Part shown: positions 8,642 through 17,391 of the stretch, piece after piece | Position numbering within the stretch: the stretch's first letter is position 1 | How the letters are laid out: each line of letters starts with the position of its first letter | NCBI GenBank assembly: GCA_002365175.1 | Contig: DEZK01000012.1 | Location: 67,330-131,329, forward strand | Source of the DNA: Candidatus Raskinella chloraquaticus | GTDB lineage: Bacteria > Pseudomonadota > Alphaproteobacteria > Rhizobiales > UBA4765 | Direction: 5' to 3' | DNA: 64,000 nucleotides | The notes under the pieces: generated by a model | The model's database searches: none | Told to the model about the DNA's origin: nothing | What the model saw: the letters and a program-made list of their open reading frames with translations, nothing else | Translations under genes and position numbers: made by a program

Positions 8642-10165
8642 CTAGCGCCGAAGCGCGGATGATGCGCCTGACGTCATTGATACCCAACCGGCGGCATCGA
8701 TGATTTCGAACCTGTCGGTGAGGTTAAGCGTATGCACGCCGTCGCACGCCGCCCCGGCAGGCGGGCCAAGATGAGCCATGACTGTCTGCTCCAGGCCCGA
8801 TCGGCTGACCGCGTCGATACGGCATAAGGTGAGCCCGCTGCCATAGCCCGACAGGCAATCCTGGGCCGGGCGCCACAATGCTCCGTTGCGGCGGACCACC
8901 GCGCCGCCCGGGCGCGCACACCGGGCATCGATCATGAATGCCTCCTCCCCGCAGGCCCGCCACGGCCCGAGACGGCTGTCGCTTTCAAACAAGGCAAGCG
9001 TATCCCAGGCCGAATCACCGAAACGATGGTCAGCCGCCGTCATCCACCACCGGTCATTCATGCGAAACGGCGTCGCATCAGACAGGTGCCGTCCGGCGAT
9101 GAGCGTTCTGTCGAGGACCCAGCGATCGGGGAAGGGGTCGGCACGATAAAGTTCAAGAGCGCCGTTTGCGGCATTCTCCGGCATCATCCAGAACTGGCCG
9201 CTCTTGCCAAAGACATACGGGTAGGAGAGATGCGTGCCGCAGTCGAGAACCGGGCGGGGTCTTGTCGCCCGGCCCTGGTCGTCCAGCGTGAAGACGCTGA
9301 TGATGCCGGAGCGCGTTGCATAGGGAAATTCTTCACAGAACACATAGGTCGTTCCCTGGTGCTCGAAGGGAAACGGATCGGCGAAATACCGTTGCCGATC
9401 ATCATCAAGCCACGTCCAGTGCGAGGCCGGGGGCATGCGCAGCGTGTCATAGAGGCTCCCGCCTGACTCAATCCGGCGCCAGCCGATGCGCCAATGACCG
9501 TCATGAGCGACGAGCTTTCTCAGGCGCCGGGCAATCCGCGCGGTCAGGGTGCGAGAGATGAAGGTCAATGGCGAACCGGAACGATGCTCGGGCGATTTGC
9601 GCGCCACGCCCCTCCGTATTGACCCGTCGCGGGCCACCGCCCTGATGAGGTGAACGAGGCGCTGAGCGATGGCATGACGACCTGCTGACAGCGACCACGG
9701 GTGCTCAAGGGCTGGCAGCGCATCAGCCAGGATATGCATATCACCCCCGGTCAAGCTGACGAGCTGAAGCCGGGGAGCGCGTTCATCAAACAGCGCCGCG
9801 TCGCGCGCATTCTCGCCCGCCAGCCCGTCGAAAAGGGGAATGACGCTACCCGCCTCAGGATGGTCGCCCCCGCTCAGATCGAAAACGATGTCCGGCCTGT
9901 CCTGCGCCACCTGCTCGATGATGTCGTGAGGCTCACTCTTGCAGCTGACGAGGGGACGCCGATGACGGCGGCCAAGCAGCCGTTCCAAATCCTCAACAAG
10001 CGCCATACCCGGCAATGTCGACCTGCCCTGTCGCCATGACACAACGACGTGATGCGTGTCGTTGCGCAGCATCTTGATCAAATCGTCATGCCAGCCCTGA
10101 AAATCATCACGCGGAAGCAGCAAAGAAATGAACGCCATCGTTTTGATCTCACCGTCAGCGTCCAC
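8642..10165 (-). CDS. uncharacterised two-domain protein (N-terminal formyltransferase-core-like region plus C-terminal beta-propeller-like domain)
   Basis: 507-aa ORF; an alternative ATG at 10138 gives MAFISLLL. The C-terminal half (YFADPFPFEHQGTTYVFCEEFPY...YPYVF...WMMPE...LYRADPFPDRW) resembles a family that databases label 'glucosamine inositolphosphorylceramide transferase family' or FMT-core-like. I cannot assign a function from the sequence. Confidence 0.6.
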   Translation of the reverse strand: MDADGEIKTMAFISLLLPRDDFQGWHDDLIKMLRNDTHHVVVSWRQGRSTLPGMALVEDLERLLGRRHRRPLVSCKSEPHDIIEQVAQDRPDIVFDLSGGDHPEAGSVIPLFDGLAGENARDAALFDERAPRLQLVSLTGGDMHILADALPALEHPWSLSAGRHAIAQRLVHLIRAVARDGSIRRGVARKSPEHRSGSPLTFISRTLTARIARRLRKLVAHDGHWRIGWRRIESGGSLYDTLRMPPASHWTWLDDDRQRYFADPFPFEHQGTTYVFCEEFPYATRSGIISVFTLDDQGRATRPRPVLDCGTHLSYPYVFGKSGQFWMMPENAANGALELYRADPFPDRWVLDRTLIAGRHLSDATPFRMNDRWWMTAADHRFGDSAWDTLALFESDSRLGPWRACGEEAFMIDARCARPGGAVVRRNGALWRPAQDCLSGYGSGLTLCRIDAVSRSGLEQTVMAHLGPPAGAACDGVHTLNLTDRFEIIDAAGWVSMTSGASSALRR

Positions 10166-10238
10166 AACAGCGCGTCGGGATTAAATTTTTAACAAGCCGC
10201 GATATAGATTAGCCTGCTTTCGACGTAAGGGTGTCTTT

Positions 10239-11324
10239 TTGGCTCAAAGATCTCTCCTTTTCTACACGCATGCGCTGGTTGGCGGCGGGGCTGAACGCGT
10301 ATGGGCGCGACTGGCCTCAGGTTTCGCCGCCCGCGGCGACAAAGTGACCTTTGTTGTCGATTTCCATGCCGAAGAGAATCTGCGTTTTCTCAGCAACGAC
10401 GTGCGGCTGATCATATTGCCACGTCGTCACCCGCTGGCAACCGAAGGTCTTGCCCATCTGCTCAAAAGCACGGCGCCCGACGTCGTCTTGTCGGCGATCA
10501 GCATTTCGAATTTGAAATTGACGTTTGCGAGCTGGTGGGCCGGATGCGCCAGACGGGCGATTCTGTCCTATCATGGGTTTTATGAAAACGAGCCGCAATT
10601 TCTCAGCCGGCTCGGCTATCAATTCTCCCGCCATATGGTGGCCTCGACCGGGGCAACGATTGCGGTGTCGGATAGTCTGCGCGGCGACATGATCGCCCGT
10701 TTCAAGGTCGATCCGCAGAAACTGACGACAATTTATAATCCGGCGGCGATTGATCCCTTCCCCGCCCCCGTTACTGCAGCAGAGCTTGCCGCAAGGCCGC
10801 CTCATGTGGTGGCCATCGGCCGGATGGTCCCGGACAAGGATTTCAGCTTTATGGTGCGCTCCTTTGCGCGCACCAAAACGCCAGATGCGCAACTGACCAT
10901 TTTTGGCGAAGGGCCCGAGCGCCAGAACGTGAGAGCGCTGTCACATCAGCTGGGGATTGCTGATCGCGTCCACCTTCCCGGGTTTTCGCGCCAAGTCTAT
11001 CAGACATTGGCGGCAGCCAAATGCTTCGCACTTGCTTCCATGCATGAAACCTTCAGCCTGGCTCTCGTGGAGGCGATGTCGTTTGGACTTCCCGCCGTGG
11101 TGACGAGGAGCGGCGGCCCGCCTGAAGTTCTGGGTTCGCCGGATTTGGGCCGGATCATCGAAATTGGTGACATCGATGGCTATGCGAGCGCGCTGGATGA
11201 GCAGCTTGCCAACCCTGGCGATCCGGCGCCCCGGCAGGCAAGGGCCCGGCAATTCTCGCTTGAAGCGGCCCTTGATCATTATGACACGCTGATTGACCGG
11301 GTGATCGCCCGGGCTGCGGGCTGA
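10239..11324 (+). CDS. glycosyltransferase family 4 (GT-B, retaining)
   Basis: 361 aa with a TTG start. It has N-terminal GGGAERV and a C-terminal EX7E region (HETFSLALVEAMSFGLPAVVTRSGGPPEVL), both typical of GT4. Confidence 0.85.
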   Translation: MAQRSLLFYTHALVGGGAERVWARLASGFAARGDKVTFVVDFHAEENLRFLSNDVRLIILPRRHPLATEGLAHLLKSTAPDVVLSAISISNLKLTFASWWAGCARRAILSYHGFYENEPQFLSRLGYQFSRHMVASTGATIAVSDSLRGDMIARFKVDPQKLTTIYNPAAIDPFPAPVTAAELAARPPHVVAIGRMVPDKDFSFMVRSFARTKTPDAQLTIFGEGPERQNVRALSHQLGIADRVHLPGFSRQVYQTLAAAKCFALASMHETFSLALVEAMSFGLPAVVTRSGGPPEVLGSPDLGRIIEIGDIDGYASALDEQLANPGDPAPRQARARQFSLEAALDHYDTLIDRVIARAAG

Positions 11325-11421
11325 CAGCGCCGATCAGCAGCAAATAGCGATCCTCGCTCTTTTTTGCTTGCGGTGTTTCGCTTGCTCTTGGACGATCGCC
11401 ATCGTCGGACATGGAGGGCGT

Positions 11422-12288
11422 ATGAATTTCAGCGACCTGCTCGAACGTCACACCATCAATTCCAAGGCAGTGCTGGTGCTTCGGCATCGACCCGTCGAAC
11501 CAAACCTTCGGCGCGTGATCCTTTGGCTCGCTGGAGCACAGCCAAGCGTCTTCAACGCCTACCAGCAGACGCAGGGGCGGCAGGTGGAAGCTGCCATGCA
11601 ACGCTCGGCGCATGTGGCCTCCTTCATCGGGCACGAAACGGGCAAAGCCGTTTTCGCCGGTCTTTTCGAAAGGCGCGGCGCTCGGGCGCTGACCAAATCC
11701 GACTACTGGGCTATTCCAGCTCATCAGAGCTTGAGAGATTTGGGCATGCGCGGCTGGGTCGAAGAGCGCGAGAACCTGCTGTGGTTCGACTTGGTGTTGA
11801 CCGCCTTCTATTCCGATTGGATCGGCAAGCTGGTTGTGGATTGGCCGGGTGGTGAACGCTCTTGGTGGCGCTGGGCGGACAGGAACACATTCCGGGTTCG
11901 TTCGGTTGCAGAAGACAGCTTGTTCGAGCAGGCCGTGCCGCCATGGGAGACGATCCGCCTCTCCATGAGCGAACTGCACGTGCTGCCGAAGTCGTGGCGC
12001 GAAGCGCTGAAGCATTGGCGCGGTGTCTATTTCATCCTCGATCGCAGCGATGGCAAGGGCTATGTCGGCTCCGCTTATGGCTCCGATAATCTGTTCGGAC
12101 GATGGCTGAGCTATGCCAGCACAGGCCATGGAGGCAACGTCGAATTGCGAGGGCGTGTGCCAGAAAATTTCAGCTTTTCGATCCTCCAACGGCTGTCACC
12201 TGACCTTGAAGCCTCCAATGTCGTTCGCATTGAAAGCTGGTGGAAAGACCGGCTTCACACGCGCGAATTTGGCCTGAACCGCAACTGA
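11422..12288 (+). CDS. GIY-YIG nuclease-domain protein with an uncharacterised ~190-aa N-terminal domain
   Basis: The C-terminus carries the GIY-YIG elements: GVYFILD...GKGYVGSAYG, LFGRW (Arg), IESWWK (Glu) and GLNRN (Asn). I take the start at the ATG at 11422 (MNFSDLLERH) rather than the track's 11368. Confidence 0.7.
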   Translation: MNFSDLLERHTINSKAVLVLRHRPVEPNLRRVILWLAGAQPSVFNAYQQTQGRQVEAAMQRSAHVASFIGHETGKAVFAGLFERRGARALTKSDYWAIPAHQSLRDLGMRGWVEERENLLWFDLVLTAFYSDWIGKLVVDWPGGERSWWRWADRNTFRVRSVAEDSLFEQAVPPWETIRLSMSELHVLPKSWREALKHWRGVYFILDRSDGKGYVGSAYGSDNLFGRWLSYASTGHGGNVELRGRVPENFSFSILQRLSPDLEASNVVRIESWWKDRLHTREFGLNRN

Positions 12289-12432
12289 TCAGCTTTCCAA
12301 ACCGCTTCGCCCCGTGTCACTCCGTTTCGTTCAAGCAAACGCTTCTCGGCACCTCGGAGACACCCAAGGATTTGCGGGCGTATTGCGTGAAGAGCGACGC
12401 GCAATCCAATATCTTGATTTCATTCAATTAAA

Positions 12433-12508
12433 TGGTGCCCAGAGCTGGAATCGAACCAGCGACACTGCGATTTTCAGTCGCATGCTCTACCAACTGAGCT
12501 ATCTGGGC
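12433..12508 (-). tRNA. tRNA-Phe (anticodon GAA)
   Basis: The reverse complement reads GCCCAGATAGCTCAGTTGGTAGAGCATGCGACTGAAAATCGCAGTGTCGCTGGTTCGATTCCAGCTCTGGGCACCA. It folds as a cloverleaf with a 7-bp acceptor stem, a CTGAAAA anticodon loop, a TTCGATT T-loop and an encoded CCA. Confidence 0.95.
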
Positions 12509-12609
12509 TGAAGGCTCCAGCGCCGGGGCGCTCGAACCATCAAGACGCAGGCGTATAGCTGCCGCCGTCGCGGCTGTCCAGCGTCGCCAGCAGGGCCAGG
12601 GTCAGGACC

Positions 12610-13590
12610 CTAAACGATTTCGTTGCGAAGCCGTGTCTCGCCACGCGTCAGCCGGTCGAAATTATCGAGAAACAGATCGACGACACCCGCCTCATAGGAG
12701 CGCGTCTCGCCGGCGCTGTGCGGGGTGATGAGGACATTGTCGAAGGCCCATAACGGGGACGTCGCCGGCAGGGGCTCGATGTCAACGCAATCAAGACCGG
12801 CTGCGGATAATTTACCTGCCCGCAGCGCTGTAATCATCGCCTCCTCGACCACTACTTTTCCGCGCGCCACATTGATGAGAACGGCACCCTCCTTCATCGC
12901 CATAAAGGCTTCGGCATTGATGATGCCGGTCGTCTCTGGCGTCAGCGGGCAGGTGAGCGCGACGATATCGGCCTGCGGCAGGACGGAAAGCAGATCACCG
13001 GCTGGCACCACCTGGTCAACCGCGGCATTGACGTCCGACACATCGCGCTTGGTCGCCAGCACCCTCATTCCGAGCGCCTTGGTGAAGCCGGCAAGCTTGC
13101 AGCCGATGCCGCCCAGCCCGACAATCAACAGTGTCAAGCCGGCAAGCTCGCGCTCGCGGATGGCGGGATTGCCGATCATCGGCCGCCAGGTCTTTGCCTG
13201 CTGCCGGTCGCGCGCCAGATGCAGATGGCGCGACAATGCCAGCATCAGCGCCAGCGCGTGTTCGGCGACTGCCCCGCTATTGACCCCCTGGGCGCTGGCC
13301 AGACGGATACCCCGCGCGCGCATCGCCGCTAGCGGAAAATGATTGACGCCGGCGCTGATCGACTGGATGAACCGCAGATGAGGAGCAGCCGTCAGCAACT
13401 CATCGCGCCACAGTCCGGAGACGATCATCGCATCGGCTTCCCGCGCCATGTCCAGCATCGTCTCGACGTCGCGCGCCATCTGCCAGACAAAGCCGGGACG
13501 CGCCGCATCGAGCGCTTCTCCCAGCTGGTAGGCAGGATGAGCCATGACCAGACGCAGGCGATCGGCACAGGGGAATAAATTCGCTGTCAT
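12610..13590 (-). CDS. D-isomer-specific 2-hydroxyacid dehydrogenase family protein (NAD-binding)
   Basis: 326 aa with the NAD-binding GLGGIGCKLAGF...VLATKR motif and a catalytic region (ARG...E...TPHSAG) typical of the family. Confidence 0.85.
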   Translation of the reverse strand: MTANLFPCADRLRLVMAHPAYQLGEALDAARPGFVWQMARDVETMLDMAREADAMIVSGLWRDELLTAAPHLRFIQSISAGVNHFPLAAMRARGIRLASAQGVNSGAVAEHALALMLALSRHLHLARDRQQAKTWRPMIGNPAIRERELAGLTLLIVGLGGIGCKLAGFTKALGMRVLATKRDVSDVNAAVDQVVPAGDLLSVLPQADIVALTCPLTPETTGIINAEAFMAMKEGAVLINVARGKVVVEEAMITALRAGKLSAAGLDCVDIEPLPATSPLWAFDNVLITPHSAGETRSYEAGVVDLFLDNFDRLTRGETRLRNEIV

Positions 13591-13729
13591 CGGCGTGATT
13601 TCCTGAATTGAATGATAAAATATAGTCCGTCAGTCAGTTTTTACCGCAGCGTCGGGCATGGGTGCTTGCTCCCATCAGGGTCGCGGTGTAGGCCGTGGCA
13701 ACGTGGTTCGCAACGCGGGAGACCAAGGA

Positions 13730-13999
13730 ATGTCGGACAATCATGGCCAGCTCCTGCATCTGGTGTTCGGTGGCGAGTTGAAGAGCCTCGACAGCCATGA
13801 ATTCCGCGATATCGACAAGCTGGATATCGTTGGCATTTATCCCAATTATGCAAGTGCGCGCGCCGCCTGGCGCGGCAAGGCGCAGGCAACCGTTGATAAT
13901 GCACATATGCGCTATTTCGTTGTTCATCTGCATCGCTTGCTGGAGCCTGTCGAGGAGAGCAGCACCGGCAAGTCCGCGGCAGGCGGCGGACATGGCTGA
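13730..13999 (+). CDS. DUF4170 domain-containing protein
   Basis: The start MSDNHGQLLHLVFGGELKSLD... is preceded by GGAGACCAAGGA. This small protein is typically found upstream of waaA in Rhizobiales. Confidence 0.7.
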   Translation: MSDNHGQLLHLVFGGELKSLDSHEFRDIDKLDIVGIYPNYASARAAWRGKAQATVDNAHMRYFVVHLHRLLEPVEESSTGKSAAGGGHG

Positions 14000-14026
14000 C
14001 GGCGTGAGCGAGCCAGCGGCCTCACC

Positions 14027-14740
14027 ATGCTGAAATCCATTCTGCGCCAGTCGTGGGCGCAGTCCACTGTCGCGGCGATCGTGGCCGCCTATATGCGCTT
14101 TGTCAGGGCAACGGCGCGGATCGTGCACGAGCCGGAGGATCTCTATCGCCTGGTCGAGGCGGACATGCCGGTCATCATGGCGATGTGGCATGGGGAACAT
14201 ATCACCTCGCCGCTCATGGTTTTGCCGCATCATCGCATCAAGGTTCTGATCTCGCGCCATCGCGATGGCGAGATCAATGCGCGGACGATCGAGCGGCTGG
14301 GGATCGGAGTTATTCGCGGCTCGGGCTCGCATGGGCGCGTGGAGATTCGCAAACGAGGTGCTGGCGCCTTGCGCGACATGGTGGATGCGTTGCAAACAGG
14401 ATGGAATGTGGCGAGCACTGCGGATGTTCCGAAAATTGCCAAGAAAGCCGGGCGCGGCATCGTGCTGCTTGGCAAGCTGAGCGGGCGGCCGATCTATCCC
14501 GTTGCCGCCGTCGCGGCGCGGCGGGTCGGTTTCAATCGCGCCTGGGATAAGGCAAAGCTGCCGCTTCCCTTTTCGCGGGTGGCACTGGTGCTCGGCGAAC
14601 CGGTCCGTGTGGCGAGCGAAGCCGACGATCAGGCGCTCGAAAGTGCCCGCCTTACGGTCGAAAGCGAACTTGATCGTATCATGGTGCGCGCCTACGAACT
14701 CGCCGATCAGCGCGTGACTGTGTCAGGTGTCGTGCGATGA
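14027..14740 (+). CDS. DUF374 / lysophospholipid acyltransferase-family protein
   Basis: 237 aa. It is conserved immediately upstream of waaA in alphaproteobacteria, and its stop overlaps the waaA start by 4 nt. Confidence 0.7.
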   Translation: MLKSILRQSWAQSTVAAIVAAYMRFVRATARIVHEPEDLYRLVEADMPVIMAMWHGEHITSPLMVLPHHRIKVLISRHRDGEINARTIERLGIGVIRGSGSHGRVEIRKRGAGALRDMVDALQTGWNVASTADVPKIAKKAGRGIVLLGKLSGRPIYPVAAVAARRVGFNRAWDKAKLPLPFSRVALVLGEPVRVASEADDQALESARLTVESELDRIMVRAYELADQRVTVSGVVR

Positions 14741-16038
14741 CGCGCCGTCGCCCTTTCCCGCTCTCGCTTTACCGTGGCCTGTCGCATATCGCCGCGCCGG
14801 TTGTGCGCCTGATGGTGATGCGCCGGGTGCAGCGCGGCAAGGAAGATCCTAAACGGCTTGGCGAACGGCGCGGGCATGCAGCGTTCCACCGCCCGTCCGG
14901 GCTCCTGGTGTGGCTCCACGCGGCAAGCGTCGGTGAGGTGGCGAGCGCGTTACCGCTGATCCGGCGCCTGCGTGAGCGCGGCGCTCTGGTGCTGCTGACA
15001 ACGGTGACTGTGACATCAGCGCGCATGGTGCAACCGCGCCTGCCTGACGGCGCCGTCCACCAATTCATACCTTTTGACCTGCCCGGCGCCGTCAATCGGT
15101 TCCTCGATCACTGGAAGCCCGATTTGGCGCTCTTCATGGAGCAGGAGCTGTGGCCCAATCTGCTTGAAGGGTGCCGGCAGCGCACCATTCCTGCCGTCCT
15201 GGTCAATGCCCGCATGTCGCCGCGCTCGTTCAAACGCTGGAAGTTTGCGCCCCAGGTGGCCCGTTACCTGCTCGGCCATTTCGCGGTGGTGCTGGCGCAG
15301 AGTGATGATGACGGCGAGCGGCTGGCGCAGCTCGGGGCGACGCGGACGGTCAATGTTGGCAATATCAAATACGACGTTCCCGTCCTTGACGTCGACGCCG
15401 ACCATCTGGCACGCCTCGCCGTGGGCTTTGCAGGGCGAGCGGTATGGACGGCTGCCAGCACACATGCCGGCGAAGATGAGCTTGTGCTGGACGCCCATGC
15501 TATCGCCCGTCAAATTGTCGGACGGCGACTGGGATTGATTCTTGCGCCGCGCCATCCCGAACGGGGAGATGATGTGGCAAGGCTGTGCGAGGCACGCGGC
15601 CTTTCGGTCGCGCGCCGCTCGGCTGGAGCTTTTCCGCTGGCCTCGACCGACGTCTTCCTCCTCGATACGATTGGCGAGCTTGGGCTTGCCTATCGAAGCG
15701 CCGCGGTCGCCTTTATCGGCGGCTCGCTCGTCGAGCGCATCGGTGGTCATAATCCCATCGAGGCCGCCAAGCTTGAGCGCGTCGTTCTGCACGGGCCGCA
15801 TGTGCATAATTTCGCCGACGTCTTCCGTACGCTCGATAGTACCGGCGGCGGGATCGAAGTGCTTGACGCCTCAGCCCTGGGGGCAGCTCTTGTTGCCTGC
15901 CTGTCCGCGCCGTCTGAATGCGCGCAGCGGGCAGCTCTCGGCCGGGTGGCGGTTGAAAATCTCGGCGGGGCGGTTGATCGTGTGTTTCGTGCGCTTGAAC
16001 CCTTCTTTCTCCAGACCAGCCTGGACGCTCACGCGTGA
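14737..16038 (+). CDS. waaA: 3-deoxy-D-manno-octulosonic acid (Kdo) transferase
   Basis: 433 aa with the WLHAASVGE motif and a C-terminal GGSL...GGHNPIEAA region typical of WaaA/KdtA. Confidence 0.9.
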   Translation: MTRRRPFPLSLYRGLSHIAAPVVRLMVMRRVQRGKEDPKRLGERRGHAAFHRPSGLLVWLHAASVGEVASALPLIRRLRERGALVLLTTVTVTSARMVQPRLPDGAVHQFIPFDLPGAVNRFLDHWKPDLALFMEQELWPNLLEGCRQRTIPAVLVNARMSPRSFKRWKFAPQVARYLLGHFAVVLAQSDDDGERLAQLGATRTVNVGNIKYDVPVLDVDADHLARLAVGFAGRAVWTAASTHAGEDELVLDAHAIARQIVGRRLGLILAPRHPERGDDVARLCEARGLSVARRSAGAFPLASTDVFLLDTIGELGLAYRSAAVAFIGGSLVERIGGHNPIEAAKLERVVLHGPHVHNFADVFRTLDSTGGGIEVLDASALGAALVACLSAPSECAQRAALGRVAVENLGGAVDRVFRALEPFFLQTSLDAHA

Positions 16039-17069
16039 AAGCGCCGGCGTTCTGGGATGAGGATAACTGGCGCAGCCGGCTTGTTGCTCCTTTTGCCGCG
16101 TTGTACGGCGCGATCAGCCAAGCGCGGCTGCGTCGGCCACCGGCCGGCGCGGTCGATGTCCCGGTTATCTGCGTTGGTAATTTCACGCTTGGCGGCGCCG
16201 GCAAGACACCGACTGTCCTTTTTCTCGCCCGCCATTTCCGCTCGCTGGGCGAACGTCCCTTCGTATTGTCGCGTGGGTATGGCGGCAGTCTGAAAGGCCC
16301 GCTTGTGGTGAACCCGGCGCATCATCACGCTGGCGAGGTGGGTGATGAACCAAGCCTGATGGCGCAGGAGGTGCCGGTCGTTATCGGTGCTGACCGCCTG
16401 GCGACGGCCCGCCTGGCGGTTGCGCAGGGGGCGAGCCTGCTCCTCATGGATGACGGGCTGCAAAACCCCCGGCTCAAGCGCGACTGCCGCCTTGCCATCG
16501 TCGACAGTGTCAGCGGCATCGGCAACGCACGGGTCTTTCCAGCCGGTCCGTTGCGCGCGCCGCTTGGCGCCCAGTTCGAGCTTTGTGACGGCGTTCTGCT
16601 CATCGGTGAGGGACCGCGCGGCGCGGCGGTGGCGCTCACCGCCGCTCAGCATGGAAAGCCGGTTTTTCGCGGCAGGCTGGTGGCGGATGATGCAGCAAGA
16701 CGGCTCGCAGGACTGAAGGTGCTGGCGTTCTGCGGCATCGGCCGGCCAGAAAAGTTTCGTGCCAGCCTGAGCGAAGCAGGTGTCGAGATTGGCGGCTTCG
16801 TTGCCTTTGCCGATCATCACGTGCTGGCGAAACACGAAGCTGATCAGCTGATGCGGCGGGCGGCTGCGGAGGGGCTGGCGCTCGTCACCACGCCCAAGGA
16901 TCAGGCGCGCCTTCTGGGAGATCCCTATACGCGCCAGGCGCTGGCCGGCCTCGTCAATGTCGCCGGTATCGACCTTGTGCTGGACACGCCGGATGAATTT
17001 ATCGCCTGGCTTGGCACCTCGGCAACAGCGCTCAAGATACCGCTTTCACCGTCTCGCCGCGCCCCTTGA
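16035..17069 (+). CDS. lpxK: tetraacyldisaccharide 4'-kinase
   Basis: 344 aa with the P-loop VGNFTLGGAGKTP, the SRGYGG motif and the DEP motif. Its start overlaps the waaA stop by 4 nt. Confidence 0.9.
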   Translation: MKAPAFWDEDNWRSRLVAPFAALYGAISQARLRRPPAGAVDVPVICVGNFTLGGAGKTPTVLFLARHFRSLGERPFVLSRGYGGSLKGPLVVNPAHHHAGEVGDEPSLMAQEVPVVIGADRLATARLAVAQGASLLLMDDGLQNPRLKRDCRLAIVDSVSGIGNARVFPAGPLRAPLGAQFELCDGVLLIGEGPRGAAVALTAAQHGKPVFRGRLVADDAARRLAGLKVLAFCGIGRPEKFRASLSEAGVEIGGFVAFADHHVLAKHEADQLMRRAAAEGLALVTTPKDQARLLGDPYTRQALAGLVNVAGIDLVLDTPDEFIAWLGTSATALKIPLSPSRRAP

Positions 17070-17259
17070 TCACGGCCTCAGGCGAGGCATAGGCCTCCTG
17101 ACGCGCCACCGACCAATAGCGTAATTCCTCAAGAGGAATGCGCGCGCCGCTTACCGCGCAGCGCACAAAAGCGCCCGCGCGCACGACGCGGAAATCATTA
17201 TCGAGATATTCGATCACGGCCTCGCTCATCATCGGGAGCCGGGGATCTTGACGATTCAT
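17032..17259 (-). CDS. DUF2093 domain-containing protein
   Basis: 75 aa. The sequence AVIEYLDNDFRVVRAGAFVRCAVSGARIPLEELRYWSVARQEAY matches my recollection of DUF2093. It overlaps the lpxK tail convergently. Confidence 0.6.
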   Translation of the reverse strand: MNRQDPRLPMMSEAVIEYLDNDFRVVRAGAFVRCAVSGARIPLEELRYWSVARQEAYASPEAVIKGRGETVKAVS

Positions 17260-17391
17260 TGAGCTCTACCTTGAAACCTGGTCAGGATAGCGAATACCGC
17301 CAGCGGACGAAAGACAAAAGCGCGCGATCCGACCGGCATCGACAAGGTGTCCGACTGAGCGTTGCAAGGACCGGCCTGGCACCCCTTGAGC

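Noticed and set aside
11155-12189. 344-aa minus-strand ORF opposite the GIY-YIG gene; also 13634-14395 (-), 17282-18292 (-), 31100-32167 (+), 63038-63847 (+), 18530-19348 (+), 15016-15807 (-) and 27958-28758 (+)
   Set aside because: All overlap better-supported genes on the other strand or in another frame, lack recognisable motifs, and have the amino-acid bias expected of non-coding frames in high-GC DNA.
7606-12508. Genomic island integrated at tRNA-Phe (IclR, 507-aa protein, GT4 and GIY-YIG)
   Set aside because: No integrase, excisionase or transposase gene is present. Scanning the intergenic regions by eye (7606-7674, 10166-10238, 11325-11421), I found no direct repeat of the tRNA 3' end. 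The composition is not obviously foreign apart from an impression for the GIY-YIG gene. I kept only the single-gene observation.
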